From IMG/VR virus record IMGVR_UViG_3300030524_000003: 64,000 bases of DNA; one strand, written 5' to 3'. The position numbers were made by a program, and so were the translations under genes. Positions 33,292 through 44,368 of this stretch are shown here, piece by piece. Numbering within the stretch: position 1 is the first letter of the stretch; each line of letters starts with the position of its first letter. Under the pieces are notes generated by a model. It ran no database searches and was not told the DNA's origin. It saw nothing but the letters and a program-made list of their open reading frames with translations. The DNA is from an uncultured virus (IMG/VR IMGVR_UViG_3300030524_000003) (taxonomy: Duplodnaviria > Heunggongvirae > Uroviricota > Caudoviricetes).

Positions 33292-36200
33292 TCACTGAAT
33301 GGCGTGAGTCCTACGTCGTGCTGGCCGCCGATGCCGAATGTGCTCCGACTTCGATTCCTCTGGCTTCGCCGGTCTGAAAAAAGCTTCTACCGTTCCAACG
33401 GGTGCAATTTCCTGCTTTGCGAGGTCTGCGAGGATTTTACTCCTGCGCTCCTCAGTCGATGCCTTATGGTGAACCCCGTCGTCCCCAAACGTCTTGTAGT
33501 AGTTGATTCCCGCCAGTCGAATATGATCTAGGTCTGAGGCTAGGATGCCGCCTGATTCCTCAGCGGTTGCAAACTCCAGTCGCTTCTTCGTGTCGAACGA
33601 CTTGATATCCTTCGGCTCGTGCGTCGCCAGCCGGTCAAACATGACCTTGGCAGGATAGATTCCCATGCCATACGACACGTTGCCAAGCTCGAGCCAGAGC
33701 GCATCCTGGGGGTGTTCCTGAATACCTTCGAACCGGCGTAGTTCTTCGGCGGCCGCTTCGGGGTTTTTCTTCTTGTTGATGCCATACTGCATGACGCGAA
33801 GGCCCATACCAGCCGCTCCGAAGCCGATCAGCCAGCGCCCCAGAGCCTTATAGTCCTTCTCTGTCCAATCCGGGTTCTTCATGCCTTCAAACACGGTGCG
33901 ATTCACTAGGTTCGCCGTCTTGAAGGTGTAAGTTTTGAGCATCCAGGTCAGCCGCATTAGTGTATTCTGCTGCTTGCTGATTGGGTGGTCGGCGGCGTAG
34001 CGAACACTTGGGGGCAACTCTGAGGGTCTGCCGCTACCCGTCGTCCAATCAGCAGCCGCAATCATCGCCCTGCGGACGTCGGAAGTGTTATAGCCCGACG
34101 CCGCGATCCGGTCCATATCTTCGTCCGAATACGCATAGAGGTCCTGAAGCTTCCGACGGAGCTGCACATCCTTCGGGTTCGCCTTGAGCGCCGGCGCGGC
34201 GTAGCGCTCGAGGAAGACACGCCCCGCGGCCGAAGAAACAATCCGCGATATCCAGATGGCCGGCGTGAATCCGGTCAGGGTCAGCATCTTCTGGTCGAGG
34301 CCTCCCGCGTGGAGTCCATACTCCATCATCATCGCCTGGCGCACGTAGTCGGTGAGGATGCCTGCGTCCCGCGCCATGCGCGTCGCTTCAATCGGGCTCG
34401 TGGCCGTGCTGAAAACACCTCCGGCCAGGGATCGCAAATTGGTTACAAGTCCGGTTTTGGCCATGTGATACGGCAACTTCAGCGTGCTCAGGCCCATCTT
34501 CGACAATACGACCCATTGCGACGCTGCGCGCAGGAGCCGCTTGTTGCTCTCACCCACAGACGAGGGGTTTAGGTCTGCGCTCACTACGCTGTCGACCACC
34601 TGCTGAGTAGCCAGCGGGAGTTGGAGGATGAGTGGATTCAGCTTCTCGCGCTCCTGCCCAACGGTCTCGATGTTTGCCAGCATCGACGCTACCTGGTCGA
34701 CGTAGACATTCATCGCACGGTTGGTGGTGTCGTAGTCGGGGATGCTGGTTCTGCGGCCTTTTTCGAGGTTGCCCGACAAGCGAACGCCACGGCGATTCTT
34801 TTCAAAGAACTTCGCTGCATCGACAACGCTGATTCCGCGCTTGCCGGCATAGGCTTCGATCAAGTCTTGGCGGCGCGCATCGTTCGTCGGCATGTCGTGG
34901 ATCTCGCCAAGTGTCGTAACCGTCGGCTTTGCACCGTTTTTGCCTTCGATGAGGATCGGCTTATTCCAGTCGTAAATGTGTGGCCAGTAGTTCGGGTCAT
35001 CCGCGATCTGCTTGTAAGTCACCGTTTGCTCTTTGCCGTCGCGGTAGAACTTCATCTTGGCGCCAGCGTCTCCGAGACGGTTCCGCACGTACGAAAAGAA
35101 CGTGCGGTAGCCGTCCACGGCCTTCAGGATGGCAGGGTCAGTGCTCTCTGCCTTGCCTTCGAGAACCTTCACAACGAGTGGGTGGTCGCTGGGCCGGATG
35201 TCACCGATGATGTCGGACACTTTGGCCAGCAGTTCGCCCTGATGGTCAGTCTTCAGGTGGCTACGCTCGATCAACCGCCGCTGCACCTCGCGACCCTCGC
35301 TCGGGAAGCCTTCGTGGGCCATAATCTTGCGAATTGCCTGGTCGCCCGACGTGTGGCGCAGGTACATCCACTCACGCGCAAAGTCCTTCAGCGCCGCAAG
35401 CTGTTTGCCGGCCGTGTGCTGGAAGAAGAGACCGCGCTCACCTATTGCCAGATCGAAACCGATCTTCGAATCCTTTGCTGCGCGCTCGACCGCAGGCACA
35501 ACCGGCTCACGCGCTACCGCAGCTTTTGCGCCCTCGATCGCTACATCGGCGGAGATGGCTGGCGTGTTCGCCAGATACGCTCTACGCATAGAAGGTGGTA
35601 CATCTTCGAGGTTCCGCTTCATCGCCTCCGAGGTGCTCTTGTCGATGGGATCGTCCACCGGCCCCTGATAGAGACGCTTCGGCTGGGCCTTATACTTCAT
35701 GCCTTTATCCTTGCCGATTGCGTCCTTGGCCCGTGGCAGTTTCAAGTCCTCTATGCGCGTGAAACCTACTCCGGCCCCGCGCTCCTCAAACTGCGCGGCC
35801 TCCGGCGCAGATTCGTTGCCCATCTCGTAGTCGATTGCCTCTTCCGAGATGCCGACCGACTCGCGCAGACTCTTTGCAAGTCTGCTCTCGACTACCTCGC
35901 CACGCACAACAGCGTTCAACGCCCGCATGCGCGGGAGGATTTTGGTCGTCAGCACCTTGATTTCGGGCAGCGCGTCGGATGTTAGGAAGATTTTGGCTAC
36001 GTTCGACTTCGTCCCGTAGCGCCACGTTCGGCCGGTGCTCTGCTCGAACATGATTCCAGACCACGGCAGGCCAAGGTGGATGTCCATTCTTGGACGGTCG
36101 CCAGCGCGATCGTGAAAACTAGCTCCAACACCGCCGGCAGCGTAGGTCGTATAAACGCCCTTCTTGGTTCCGTCCATGAATGCCTGGCGTTCTTCAGCGC

Positions 36201-39200
36201 GAAGCTCGTTTGCCGACCCAGCGAAGATCCCAATGTCCTGCTTCAGTCCATCGCGCATCGCCTCAACCACATCAGGCAGCGCTGGCAGCATCTTGTTGAG
36301 GTGGTCTGCCATTCCAGCGGGCAGACGCTCAAAGAACTTCATGCCTTCAGACGTCCCTGAGCGGTACTCGCTGTAGATCACGGGGTTCCAGCCGTCCGCA
36401 ATAGCCTTCTTGGCCATCTCGATCGCATGCGGTAGCCGCGCCGACTCGATGTATCGCTTGAGGTAGATGACCTCCTGGGCCTGGGTCGCTCGTGCCATCG
36501 ACGATTTGCCCTGTTCGCGGAAAATCTTTCCAGCAAGGTTGAATACGTCGCGAATCTTCTTCACGCCATCCTGCACCTCTGGTGTCTGCTCGACCAGTCC
36601 GACGTGCGCGGTGACGCCATCAAGGTCGCGGTGCAGCGATGCCCATTGGCCACGCTCAATAAGCTGCTGGCGGAGTTTCAAAAGCTTCTTTGGAGCGTAA
36701 CCGCCTGTGTAGGAGTTGGGTCCGGTTTCGACCACGCCGAATTGACGGGCCCACTCGAAGAATCCGCCCTCCGGCCACAGCCCAAGCTTGTCCATATAGC
36801 CGATTTCGACAGCAGTATGAAACGGCGTCGCGCTCATGTAAACCGCTTTCTTCGCCGCCCGGCCTAAAAGACGACCACTTTGGCCCTGCTCTGACTCCAT
36901 CCACTTTCGAAGCTCTGCCGACTCGTCGAAGATCACGAAGTCCCACGGGATCGACAGCATATCCTTGTCACCGCGAATCTGGGCGTAGGTCGTCGCGTAC
37001 GTTCCGCCGCCTTGGACGTCGTTCATTGAGGCTGGTAGTCCTTCGACTGAAACTCCAAGCTGCTTGCCCACGTCTACATAGCCATCTGAATCGTGGATGA
37101 GGTTCCGGCTCCGAGTAACGATGAGTCCGACCTTTTCTCCAGAATCTCCTAGCAGTTGATCGGCGATCGCGAGCGCTTGGAACGTTTTCCCAGATCCGGT
37201 TGGACTCGCAACCACAACGCCGTCATACTGTTGCAGTCCAGAGAGAGCGACTTCGATAGCTTCCGGTTGCCCCGGAAAAATCATTAGATTGCGCAGGTCA
37301 TCAGGCAACCTCACTGTCGGCGCTGGAGTACCCTCTGGCAACCCGAGAGCCTCCGCGTAGTCTCTCCATGCCTCCGGCGACGCCAGCGGGGTGCCGCGGG
37401 CGCGCTTTGGCGCAGCCAGCGATGCTGCTGGCATCTTTGCTAGGGGGAGACTGGCTGCTCGTTTTCCGTCAGCAGTTTCCTCTCCTCTTCCACTAGGCTC
37501 TGGATGTCCTGGTAGAACCCGTCCGGTGGTCTCATCCCGCCCGTCGGCCGCTCCGGTTCGTTCAGGAACTTCCGCAGTTCGAGTAGCGTCGGGTAGCCCA
37601 GCATTTCCATCAGGTACTTCTCGTACGTTTGCCCTTTCGCCATCGCGTCCTCCAAATTCCGTGGTGCCGTACACCTGACGCGCCGACATCGCCTGCGCAG
37701 GGGTGGTTGGCTCCTCCATGTGTGGCATTTCCGCCACACCATGCACTGCATTGATTACTTCTGAATTTGCCCTCTCTGGCGTACTGCCGAAGATGAGCGT
37801 GGAACCACCCAGTCGATTCTCAACACTGGCCAGTTGCGCCCGAATCTTCGCCTCTTCGCGGGGATCAGTTGTAGTTCGGAGCCGCTCCTCAAGTTGCCGA
37901 GCCTGACGAGCAAGGTCCCCGATAGATGCCGCTCCGCCCTGATAAAGCCGCTTGCCAACCGTCGAAGCCTTGACATAGAAGTTACCGTCCTTCCCGTCGA
38001 AAAGCTGGTAAGTGCGAATTGCCTGATTGTTGCGGTCGATGAAATCGTCTGCCGATTTGCGATCAGTGAACACAAAATTTCGGGCGTTCGGGTCGATGTG
38101 CGCTGTCTCGTCCAAAATCCTCGCACCCTCTGGAATGGCGACTTTGGGGTCCTTGACCGACTTCTCGAGCGCGTCAACGTCGACACGCGCCGTAATCGGC
38201 TTCCGCTCCGACCGGGTCCAGTCGTACCAATTGTCGAACATCTTCTCGACTTCGGGAGAAGCCTTCGCCAGACCACGGCCACGCACCGCATCGTAAACAG
38301 CCTGAATTGCCTTGTGGATGGTGTCGAAGGCCTTTTCGAGAGCGCCGCGGCGTCGGCCGCCATCGTAGTGATACCGCTCGAAGGCCTCCGCAAACTTCTC
38401 TTCCTGCGCCGTCGTCCACTCTGCACCCGGTCTGGCCTCGACAAACTGGTTGAGAATCGCCTGATCGCTTCCGTTGAGGTAGTGCCGGATAGCGTGCGCA
38501 GCCTCGTGGATGACAGTCGAGGTGTCCGCTTTGTCGAAGAGGTGAATCAACTTCGATCCGTCCTCCATAATGTCGGTCGCACCGCGAGCTCCACGGTCTT
38601 CGCCGCCAAAACGGAAGCGAATCATCTTGTTCTTGAGGATCGTGTCGAACGACTCGCCAATAGCGCGTGGCAGAACCCGCTCGAAGATATCTCCAACCGC
38701 TTCAGCCTGCTCGTCGGTAAATCCGGGGTGGTCAGCCAACGCCTTGCGGAAATCGCGCACACTGGTGGGTTCGAAGCCTTTCTCGTTCTCGATAACCGAA
38801 CTGGAGTCCGGCTGGATTGCCTCTTCCACAGCTTCAGCCGCACGCGCTGGTTCCACCGGAAGTCCGTTCCGCGCCTCTTCGATGATCTCCTTGGCTGCGT
38901 CAGGGAGCCCACCAACCATGCCCCACTCTTCAGGAATGACCTCCATACCGTACTTGCTGGCAATCTGCTCGGTGAATACATCTGCCGGGTGGATGGCTCC
39001 GAACATCGTCACGCCGCCGCGCTCCGCCTCTTCGGCGTAGTCGCCAATCATGTTGGCGTACTCGCGTGGAGTCTCTTCGAGAGCTCGCGCCAGAGATTCA
39101 ACCGCCGGATGGACCGGTGGGTGTGTTGCCTGACCATCAAAACTCAGATCGAAGTTCGAAAGGCGATACCGCTCTGGATGGAGAAGACGCTCGATAAGCG

Positions 39201-42200
39201 ATTCGCTGCCGTGAGACTCGTCCTTGGTGACATCTCTTCCTTCGAGTTGATTCAGCCTTGCGGACTGGTCTTGTGCGCGGGTCATCAGTTCGACCGCATC
39301 CGTGTTGTAGCTCGCTAGATTCCAGATTTCACCAGCCGAACGCATGATGACGAAGTCCATGCCCACGCGGCCAAGCTTGTCCTTGATCGCCGCGCTGGTT
39401 CGACCGAGCACCTGCGGATTCGAGACGGCGATTCCCGCTAGGGTGTTTTCAATGAGCGCCTTCGCGGGCTCCGTCAGGTCACCATCCTCGGTGAAGTAGG
39501 CTGAGCGCTTCTTTGGATCAACCAGACCGGCATCGCGAAGGATGTCAGCAAGGTCGGCAGAACGCGCACGCATCGCCGTCCGCAAGCTGGAGTCTCCGGA
39601 TACCGACCGAAACACGTTCGCCATCCGCTCGACGACGGATGGAGTCAGTAGCCGTGAAAGAGCCGCCGATTGCTCGGTGGAGCTCATCCCCTGGCTGGGG
39701 TCGCGATTCATCTCGATGCCATACCGCGCCAGCGTGGCAGGGTCGGTCACCGTGCGGTCCATCACCCGGACAAGCACGGGGTTGCGCATCTCGAAGATGG
39801 AAGCGGGGTCGATACCAAACGCCTGTGCGCGGTCAAGGATCGAGGCTCGAACCTCTTCGTACCGGCCACGCTTCTGCGCCAGCTTCATGCTCTGCGTGCG
39901 TCCGTTTCCCGACAGCACCGTGCCGTCAGGCATAACGATCGGTGGCCCATCCACCGGCAACACGGAGTTGCTGAGGATCTGGTCAGCGTCAAGCGCGCCA
40001 GCACGCTCCTCTACAGCCGCCTGGAGTTCCGGTTGATCTTGGTAGTTGCGCGGTTGCGCTTCCTGCGGGTAGCGCGGGTCTGGTGTGTAATTTTCAGTAC
40101 TACGATGAGAAGTAATAAGATTATTAGAATCGACAACCGCATAGTGGACTGGCACCTCTTCGCCAGAGTTCAACCTGACACGAGTTTCTCGGCCTAGAAT
40201 GGCCGGCATTTTTGGATTCGTCTCGCGCTCCGTACGTGGTTTGACCACCTCAGTCGCCGCGACAATCTCATCCTCTTTGCGCTGGATAAAGTCAGCCGTG
40301 TCACGCAGCGCCTCGGCTTCAGCCTTCTGCTCCGGTAGTGCCTCGGGACCACCCAGACGGTCGGCGGCCCGGTTGATGACCTGCTTCTGGTCTTCAAAGT
40401 GGACTACCTCACGCGCAGCTCGTTCAGTGCCAGATTCAATGTCGGTACGCATCCGCGAGATGAGGTCTTCCCGATAAGCATCGAGCACCTGACGCTCAGC
40501 CGCAGCACGGGTCTGCCGCATCTGGCTCATAAACTCGTTCATGTCCGGAGAGCGCTGGCTCTCGGGTATCTTCCGAATGGCGCGCTGCACGTCAAAGATG
40601 TCGCGTGACCCGCCAACATCCTGAAGGTTGATGCGCTCTGCCAAACGGGTCAGGCCTTTCGCCTGGTTGGTTAGGGCCTCCCCTGCTCCAGTCTCCGCCG
40701 ATGTTGCATTGGTAATCGTGTTGCGAATCTGCTGCACATGGTCTGCGCGAGCTTCACGCACTGCCTGCCCGGCAAGCTCCTGATCGACCTGTGCGCGGGT
40801 CGAATCGCGATAGGCCATCAGCGTGTCGACCTGCTGCCTGTCGCGTAAAGACGCCTCGTAGTTGGCAACGTCGATATGCTCACCGCGAGAGAGACGGTCA
40901 GCAATCTCTGGCGTGGTAAACGCTTTGGCGCGTGCCGGATCTTCATTGAGGAAGCCAGCCAGCGCGGACACCTGATCGCTCTTTTCGATGGCGTCGAAGC
41001 TCTTGCCGAAGTTTTTCTCCGAGTACTCCGAAAGTGCCCGGTAGATGTCGGGTGCGGCCTTCATCGAAGCTGCAATGTTTGAGTGCTCGAGGATGACTCG
41101 TGCCAAGCCAGCAGTCTCATCCGCTCCCGGCGCCAGGGGTTCGCCTGTACCTTCGTTGCGGTTCATCCAGCGCGTGACGGCTGGCCTCGAAGCTTCGACC
41201 ATATCGGCGTGACGGCGATACGCATCGTAGGCTGGCGTCGCTTTGAAGGCGTCCCACTTCTCCGGCTGCTCGCGCTCAAACTTCGATGCAACCTCGCGCT
41301 GGCGATCAAGCGGCAAGCTCGAGAATGAGGCCCCAGCGTTCTCTTCGGCATACTCCTGCACTGGCCGCTCCAGTTCGGAAGCAGTCTGAATTTCGACCGA
41401 TCCTGGAGCGGTGCGCTTGTCCACCACTTTGACGCCACCCTCCATCGGCTCGGGACTGGGAGCGTGGACGGGTTCCGTTTCCTTTTCGGTCGTCTTGACC
41501 AATCCTCGATCACCACGGGTGTTGCGTCGCTGATCGTTGACACCGAATCCGCGCTCTTCAGCGGCCGGGGTAATCTCGTCGGCCTTAGCAGCCTGATACT
41601 GTGTGCGTCGCTGGGCTTCTTCGTTGGCTTTGACTTTAGCCTCAGCCGCCGCCTGCGCCTGCTTGTACTGCTCCGCCGCCCGCTGACGCTGTAATTCTTG
41701 GCCTAGAACAGTTTTGGCCGCCTGCAATCTGGCGGAGTTGGCTTTTGCTCGGTCGTTCATCCACTCGATATCAGCCTGAGCGTCGCCGCGAGTCTGCGAC
41801 TTGCGAATCTTGTCCGTCTCCTGGTCCACGCGCTTGCGAAACCCTGGACTTTGATCCTCTACTGAGGAGTAGAGTGTATGCGCCTTCTCGGGGTCGGTAA
41901 GCTGTTTAAATGGCTTCTTATAGAGGTCCTTCGCTTTATCGTTGAGTCGAGCGGTATTCTCGCCGCCCTCGGCGATCTTGCCACCAACGTGCGGAACGAC
42001 GATCATGGCGACGTTTGCCGCCATCTCGCCCCAAGCTTCGTTTTCTCCGGCATCGTCCCCACGCTGACGAGCTTCGTGGATCTGGTGCGCGGTATCGACG
42101 ATACCCTCGCCCATAGTCGGCATCATCGCCAAACCAACGGCGTGCATCGCGGACGCAACATACTCGCCACCCTTGACCACCGCAGCGCCCGGAGCGGCCA

Positions 42201-42657
42201 TCATCGCGACTTGTGTGGGCGACGTCATCCCAGATACAGCGCGGGATGCTCCCTTCGAAAGTTGCCCCAGCTTCGTCTTCGGGTTGACTGGGAATAGCTC
42301 TTCCACCGCTACGAGCGGGTGGTTGACAAAGTTGCGAAATGCCGCGGTATAATCGCCGGTAACCTGCGCAGCCTGCTTCGCTTCACTAACAGCGCCGCTG
42401 GCTCCGGAGTAGCCCACCGTGTTCTTTACACGCTCCCACCATGTCGGGTTATAGGCGCTGATCGACGCAGTCGGAGCTTCAGTTTTCGGTTTCTCGGCAG
42501 GCTTGTCGAATGAACCGACGACAGCGCCGGCTGGAAGACCCTTGATCTTCGGCGCGTCGGTGTGCTTTGGTTTAGGCTGCGGCTTTGAGAATGAGCCGAC
42601 AACGGCTCCCGGTGGAAGTCCCTTCACTGCGGGCGGGTTTACTTGCTCGTCTGCCAT
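33292..42657 (-). CDS. Large polyvalent internal-virion protein (ddrB-like ParB, HExxH zincin-like motif, Strawberry-notch-type SF2 helicase)
   Basis: HYAVVD..LITSH...QPRNY...GPPIV..DG.VLSGNGR; STVIHEAAH; SPTGSGKT, FDESA, SATP, GGVGASFH, PWS...EQ..GRTWR. Confidence 0.85.
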   Translation of the reverse strand: MADEQVNPPAVKGLPPGAVVGSFSKPQPKPKHTDAPKIKGLPAGAVVGSFDKPAEKPKTEAPTASISAYNPTWWERVKNTVGYSGASGAVSEAKQAAQVTGDYTAAFRNFVNHPLVAVEELFPVNPKTKLGQLSKGASRAVSGMTSPTQVAMMAAPGAAVVKGGEYVASAMHAVGLAMMPTMGEGIVDTAHQIHEARQRGDDAGENEAWGEMAANVAMIVVPHVGGKIAEGGENTARLNDKAKDLYKKPFKQLTDPEKAHTLYSSVEDQSPGFRKRVDQETDKIRKSQTRGDAQADIEWMNDRAKANSARLQAAKTVLGQELQRQRAAEQYKQAQAAAEAKVKANEEAQRRTQYQAAKADEITPAAEERGFGVNDQRRNTRGDRGLVKTTEKETEPVHAPSPEPMEGGVKVVDKRTAPGSVEIQTASELERPVQEYAEENAGASFSSLPLDRQREVASKFEREQPEKWDAFKATPAYDAYRRHADMVEASRPAVTRWMNRNEGTGEPLAPGADETAGLARVILEHSNIAASMKAAPDIYRALSEYSEKNFGKSFDAIEKSDQVSALAGFLNEDPARAKAFTTPEIADRLSRGEHIDVANYEASLRDRQQVDTLMAYRDSTRAQVDQELAGQAVREARADHVQQIRNTITNATSAETGAGEALTNQAKGLTRLAERINLQDVGGSRDIFDVQRAIRKIPESQRSPDMNEFMSQMRQTRAAAERQVLDAYREDLISRMRTDIESGTERAAREVVHFEDQKQVINRAADRLGGPEALPEQKAEAEALRDTADFIQRKEDEIVAATEVVKPRTERETNPKMPAILGRETRVRLNSGEEVPVHYAVVDSNNLITSHRSTENYTPDPRYPQEAQPRNYQDQPELQAAVEERAGALDADQILSNSVLPVDGPPIVMPDGTVLSGNGRTQSMKLAQKRGRYEEVRASILDRAQAFGIDPASIFEMRNPVLVRVMDRTVTDPATLARYGIEMNRDPSQGMSSTEQSAALSRLLTPSVVERMANVFRSVSGDSSLRTAMRARSADLADILRDAGLVDPKKRSAYFTEDGDLTEPAKALIENTLAGIAVSNPQVLGRTSAAIKDKLGRVGMDFVIMRSAGEIWNLASYNTDAVELMTRAQDQSARLNQLEGRDVTKDESHGSESLIERLLHPERYRLSNFDLSFDGQATHPPVHPAVESLARALEETPREYANMIGDYAEEAERGGVTMFGAIHPADVFTEQIASKYGMEVIPEEWGMVGGLPDAAKEIIEEARNGLPVEPARAAEAVEEAIQPDSSSVIENEKGFEPTSVRDFRKALADHPGFTDEQAEAVGDIFERVLPRAIGESFDTILKNKMIRFRFGGEDRGARGATDIMEDGSKLIHLFDKADTSTVIHEAAHAIRHYLNGSDQAILNQFVEARPGAEWTTAQEEKFAEAFERYHYDGGRRRGALEKAFDTIHKAIQAVYDAVRGRGLAKASPEVEKMFDNWYDWTRSERKPITARVDVDALEKSVKDPKVAIPEGARILDETAHIDPNARNFVFTDRKSADDFIDRNNQAIRTYQLFDGKDGNFYVKASTVGKRLYQGGAASIGDLARQARQLEERLRTTTDPREEAKIRAQLASVENRLGGSTLIFGSTPERANSEVINAVHGVAEMPHMEEPTTPAQAMSARQVYGTTEFGGRDGERANVREVPDGNAGLPDATRTAEVPERTGAADGRDETTGRVLPGHPEPSGRGEETADGKRAASLPLAKMPAASLAAPKRARGTPLASPEAWRDYAEALGLPEGTPAPTVRLPDDLRNLMIFPGQPEAIEVALSGLQQYDGVVVASPTGSGKTFQALAIADQLLGDSGEKVGLIVTRSRNLIHDSDGYVDVGKQLGVSVEGLPASMNDVQGGGTYATTYAQIRGDKDMLSIPWDFVIFDESAELRKWMESEQGQSGRLLGRAAKKAVYMSATPFHTAVEIGYMDKLGLWPEGGFFEWARQFGVVETGPNSYTGGYAPKKLLKLRQQLIERGQWASLHRDLDGVTAHVGLVEQTPEVQDGVKKIRDVFNLAGKIFREQGKSSMARATQAQEVIYLKRYIESARLPHAIEMAKKAIADGWNPVIYSEYRSGTSEGMKFFERLPAGMADHLNKMLPALPDVVEAMRDGLKQDIGIFAGSANELRAEERQAFMDGTKKGVYTTYAAGGVGASFHDRAGDRPRMDIHLGLPWSGIMFEQSTGRTWRYGTKSNVAKIFLTSDALPEIKVLTTKILPRMRALNAVVRGEVVESRLAKSLRESVGISEEAIDYEMGNESAPEAAQFEERGAGVGFTRIEDLKLPRAKDAIGKDKGMKYKAQPKRLYQGPVDDPIDKSTSEAMKRNLEDVPPSMRRAYLANTPAISADVAIEGAKAAVAREPVVPAVERAAKDSKIGFDLAIGERGLFFQHTAGKQLAALKDFAREWMYLRHTSGDQAIRKIMAHEGFPSEGREVQRRLIERSHLKTDHQGELLAKVSDIIGDIRPSDHPLVVKVLEGKAESTDPAILKAVDGYRTFFSYVRNRLGDAGAKMKFYRDGKEQTVTYKQIADDPNYWPHIYDWNKPILIEGKNGAKPTVTTLGEIHDMPTNDARRQDLIEAYAGKRGISVVDAAKFFEKNRRGVRLSGNLEKGRRTSIPDYDTTNRAMNVYVDQVASMLANIETVGQEREKLNPLILQLPLATQQVVDSVVSADLNPSSVGESNKRLLRAASQWVVLSKMGLSTLKLPYHMAKTGLVTNLRSLAGGVFSTATSPIEATRMARDAGILTDYVRQAMMMEYGLHAGGLDQKMLTLTGFTPAIWISRIVSSAAGRVFLERYAAPALKANPKDVQLRRKLQDLYAYSDEDMDRIAASGYNTSDVRRAMIAAADWTTGSGRPSELPPSVRYAADHPISKQQNTLMRLTWMLKTYTFKTANLVNRTVFEGMKNPDWTEKDYKALGRWLIGFGAAGMGLRVMQYGINKKKNPEAAAEELRRFEGIQEHPQDALWLELGNVSYGMGIYPAKVMFDRLATHEPKDIKSFDTKKRLEFATAEESGGILASDLDHIRLAGINYYKTFGDDGVHHKASTEERRSKILADLAKQEIAPVGTVEAFFRPAKPEESKSEHIRHRRPARRRTHAIQ

Positions 42658-42685
42658 GTACGCCAATCATAATCGGAAGCTTGTA

Positions 42686-44359
42686 CTACAGCGCTTGAAA
42701 TTCTCCGTTGACCGCCCATCCGATCAAATGCTGCTTGTCGTCGTACACGGGGGCAGATGCGCCCTTCGGCGGCTTGTGCCCCTGCACCTCCGGCAGCCCG
42801 CCGTCTTCGTGCTTGGCGGTCTCCGTTTTGGGGTTCTCCGGGGGCTTAGCATCGGTATGAGCGTAAGGCTTCATGCGGCCAAGCACTACCTTACGATCCT
42901 CCGGTGATATCCCCCCGCCCACCTTGGGGTCGTTGAGAACATCTTTGATCTGCTGCTGCAGATCCATCTCAAACTTTTGAGCCTGTTTCTTGTCGAGGTT
43001 TCCCGAGTATTTCCCGTTTTTATCCGGTTGTCCAAGGTATTTACCGTACGACCGCATCCCGTCGCCGTCACGCGGAACGAAGTTGGCGAGCTTGTCGCTG
43101 AAGTCTTTGTCGTCGCGGTACTGAGGAAGCGACTGCAGGCGCTCGATCGCCGAACTGAGCACCTTGTTGTCAAACTGAACTGGCTCCTGAGTCGCGCTGT
43201 ACGACTGACCCTCGTCATCCGAGATCGACTTCTTGATCGCCATCTTATCAGCTTCACGATCAAGCTTGTCGTCATCCCAACCGGGGTTATGTTCTTTCAG
43301 ATACGAGCGTGCCTGACCATACGCTTTTTCGTAGCGATTAGATCCGGTGCCGCTACCGCCGCGGCCACCGCCGCTCCTCCCCTTAGCTGCGTACTCCTTC
43401 TGTGGTCCGCGCAGTTGCTTGTACGTTCCATCCCCATTGTCCATGAGGATTTCACCCTCGCGGGTGACCGTCAGCTTTGTCTTCGGCCCGGTAGGGACCT
43501 TGTTGAGTTCGAGGATCTGTTTGTCTTGGTCGGTGAGCTTGTAGTTTGGGTCTTTTTCCAAACGCCCAAAAACATCATCGAGAGCGCGCTTCGCCTCGTC
43601 CCCTGGCTTTTCCGCCACAGGCTTCGCGACGGGCGCGATACGCTCTTCGAGAGACGTGAGCCGCGTGTTCTGATCTGCCGTGCGCTGGCCTGCCGGAATC
43701 TGCAAAAGCTTGTCACGCTCGGCCACCGCCTGTTGATGGCTGAGGTCGTTCTGATCTTTGAGTGTCTTCGCCTGTACCGAGGGATCGGCTGCGCGCTGCT
43801 GCGCCTGCCGCTGTCCCATCGCAATCTGCCCGTAAACTGGTGGGCCAGCCTTCTGACTGAGTTCGAATAATGCCTGCGTCTTGACGTGCGGGTCAGGACT
43901 ATTCAGCCGGTTCATCAGGGGCTCCTGAGCGGCCTGCTGCGCCTTCTTTCCACCCTTACCCTTTTGCTCTTGGACAATGAACGGACGCCGGAAGTCTTGC
44001 AACGCTCCCCAGCTACCATCCACCGCATTCTTGGCCGAGACGTACTCGGGACTCTTTGGGTCAACTCCGGCCTGACTAAGTTGGAAGAGCCGCGTCGCAT
44101 CCTGATTGTAGGACGCCTGGAGGTTGTCGTCCTTCTTTTTGAACTTCATCACGTCGGCGGCTTGCTTGTACGCACGACCGGCCATGACGCCGCGCAGCAG
44201 CCCGTCCGCAATGGTTGCGATCGCGCCCGAGTGCTTTACCGCTCCATTGGCTTCTGGAGCCTGTGTCGGGATAGGAGATGGCATCGCCACCGGAGACACG
44301 TCCGGCAACACTGGAGCCTGATAGGGGGTTGAGGTGGTTGGATCATAAGCTTGCGGCAC
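42686..44359 (-). CDS. Internal virion / DNA-ejection protein
   Basis: Hydrophilic helical 557-aa protein between the pilot-like gene and the giant gene. Confidence 0.6.
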   Translation of the reverse strand: MPQAYDPTTSTPYQAPVLPDVSPVAMPSPIPTQAPEANGAVKHSGAIATIADGLLRGVMAGRAYKQAADVMKFKKKDDNLQASYNQDATRLFQLSQAGVDPKSPEYVSAKNAVDGSWGALQDFRRPFIVQEQKGKGGKKAQQAAQEPLMNRLNSPDPHVKTQALFELSQKAGPPVYGQIAMGQRQAQQRAADPSVQAKTLKDQNDLSHQQAVAERDKLLQIPAGQRTADQNTRLTSLEERIAPVAKPVAEKPGDEAKRALDDVFGRLEKDPNYKLTDQDKQILELNKVPTGPKTKLTVTREGEILMDNGDGTYKQLRGPQKEYAAKGRSGGGRGGSGTGSNRYEKAYGQARSYLKEHNPGWDDDKLDREADKMAIKKSISDDEGQSYSATQEPVQFDNKVLSSAIERLQSLPQYRDDKDFSDKLANFVPRDGDGMRSYGKYLGQPDKNGKYSGNLDKKQAQKFEMDLQQQIKDVLNDPKVGGGISPEDRKVVLGRMKPYAHTDAKPPENPKTETAKHEDGGLPEVQGHKPPKGASAPVYDDKQHLIGWAVNGEFQAL

Positions 44360-44368
44360 TCAGTCCTC

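Noticed and set aside
32993..33298. ORF-track calls 32993-33298 (+) and 32998-33225 (-)
   Set aside because: Shadows of the small minus-strand genes that have recognisable sequences.
18919..39318. Long plus-strand ORFs (18919-20079, 26075-26926, 34621-35985, 37834-39318)
   Set aside because: Antisense shadows of GC-rich genuine minus-strand genes.
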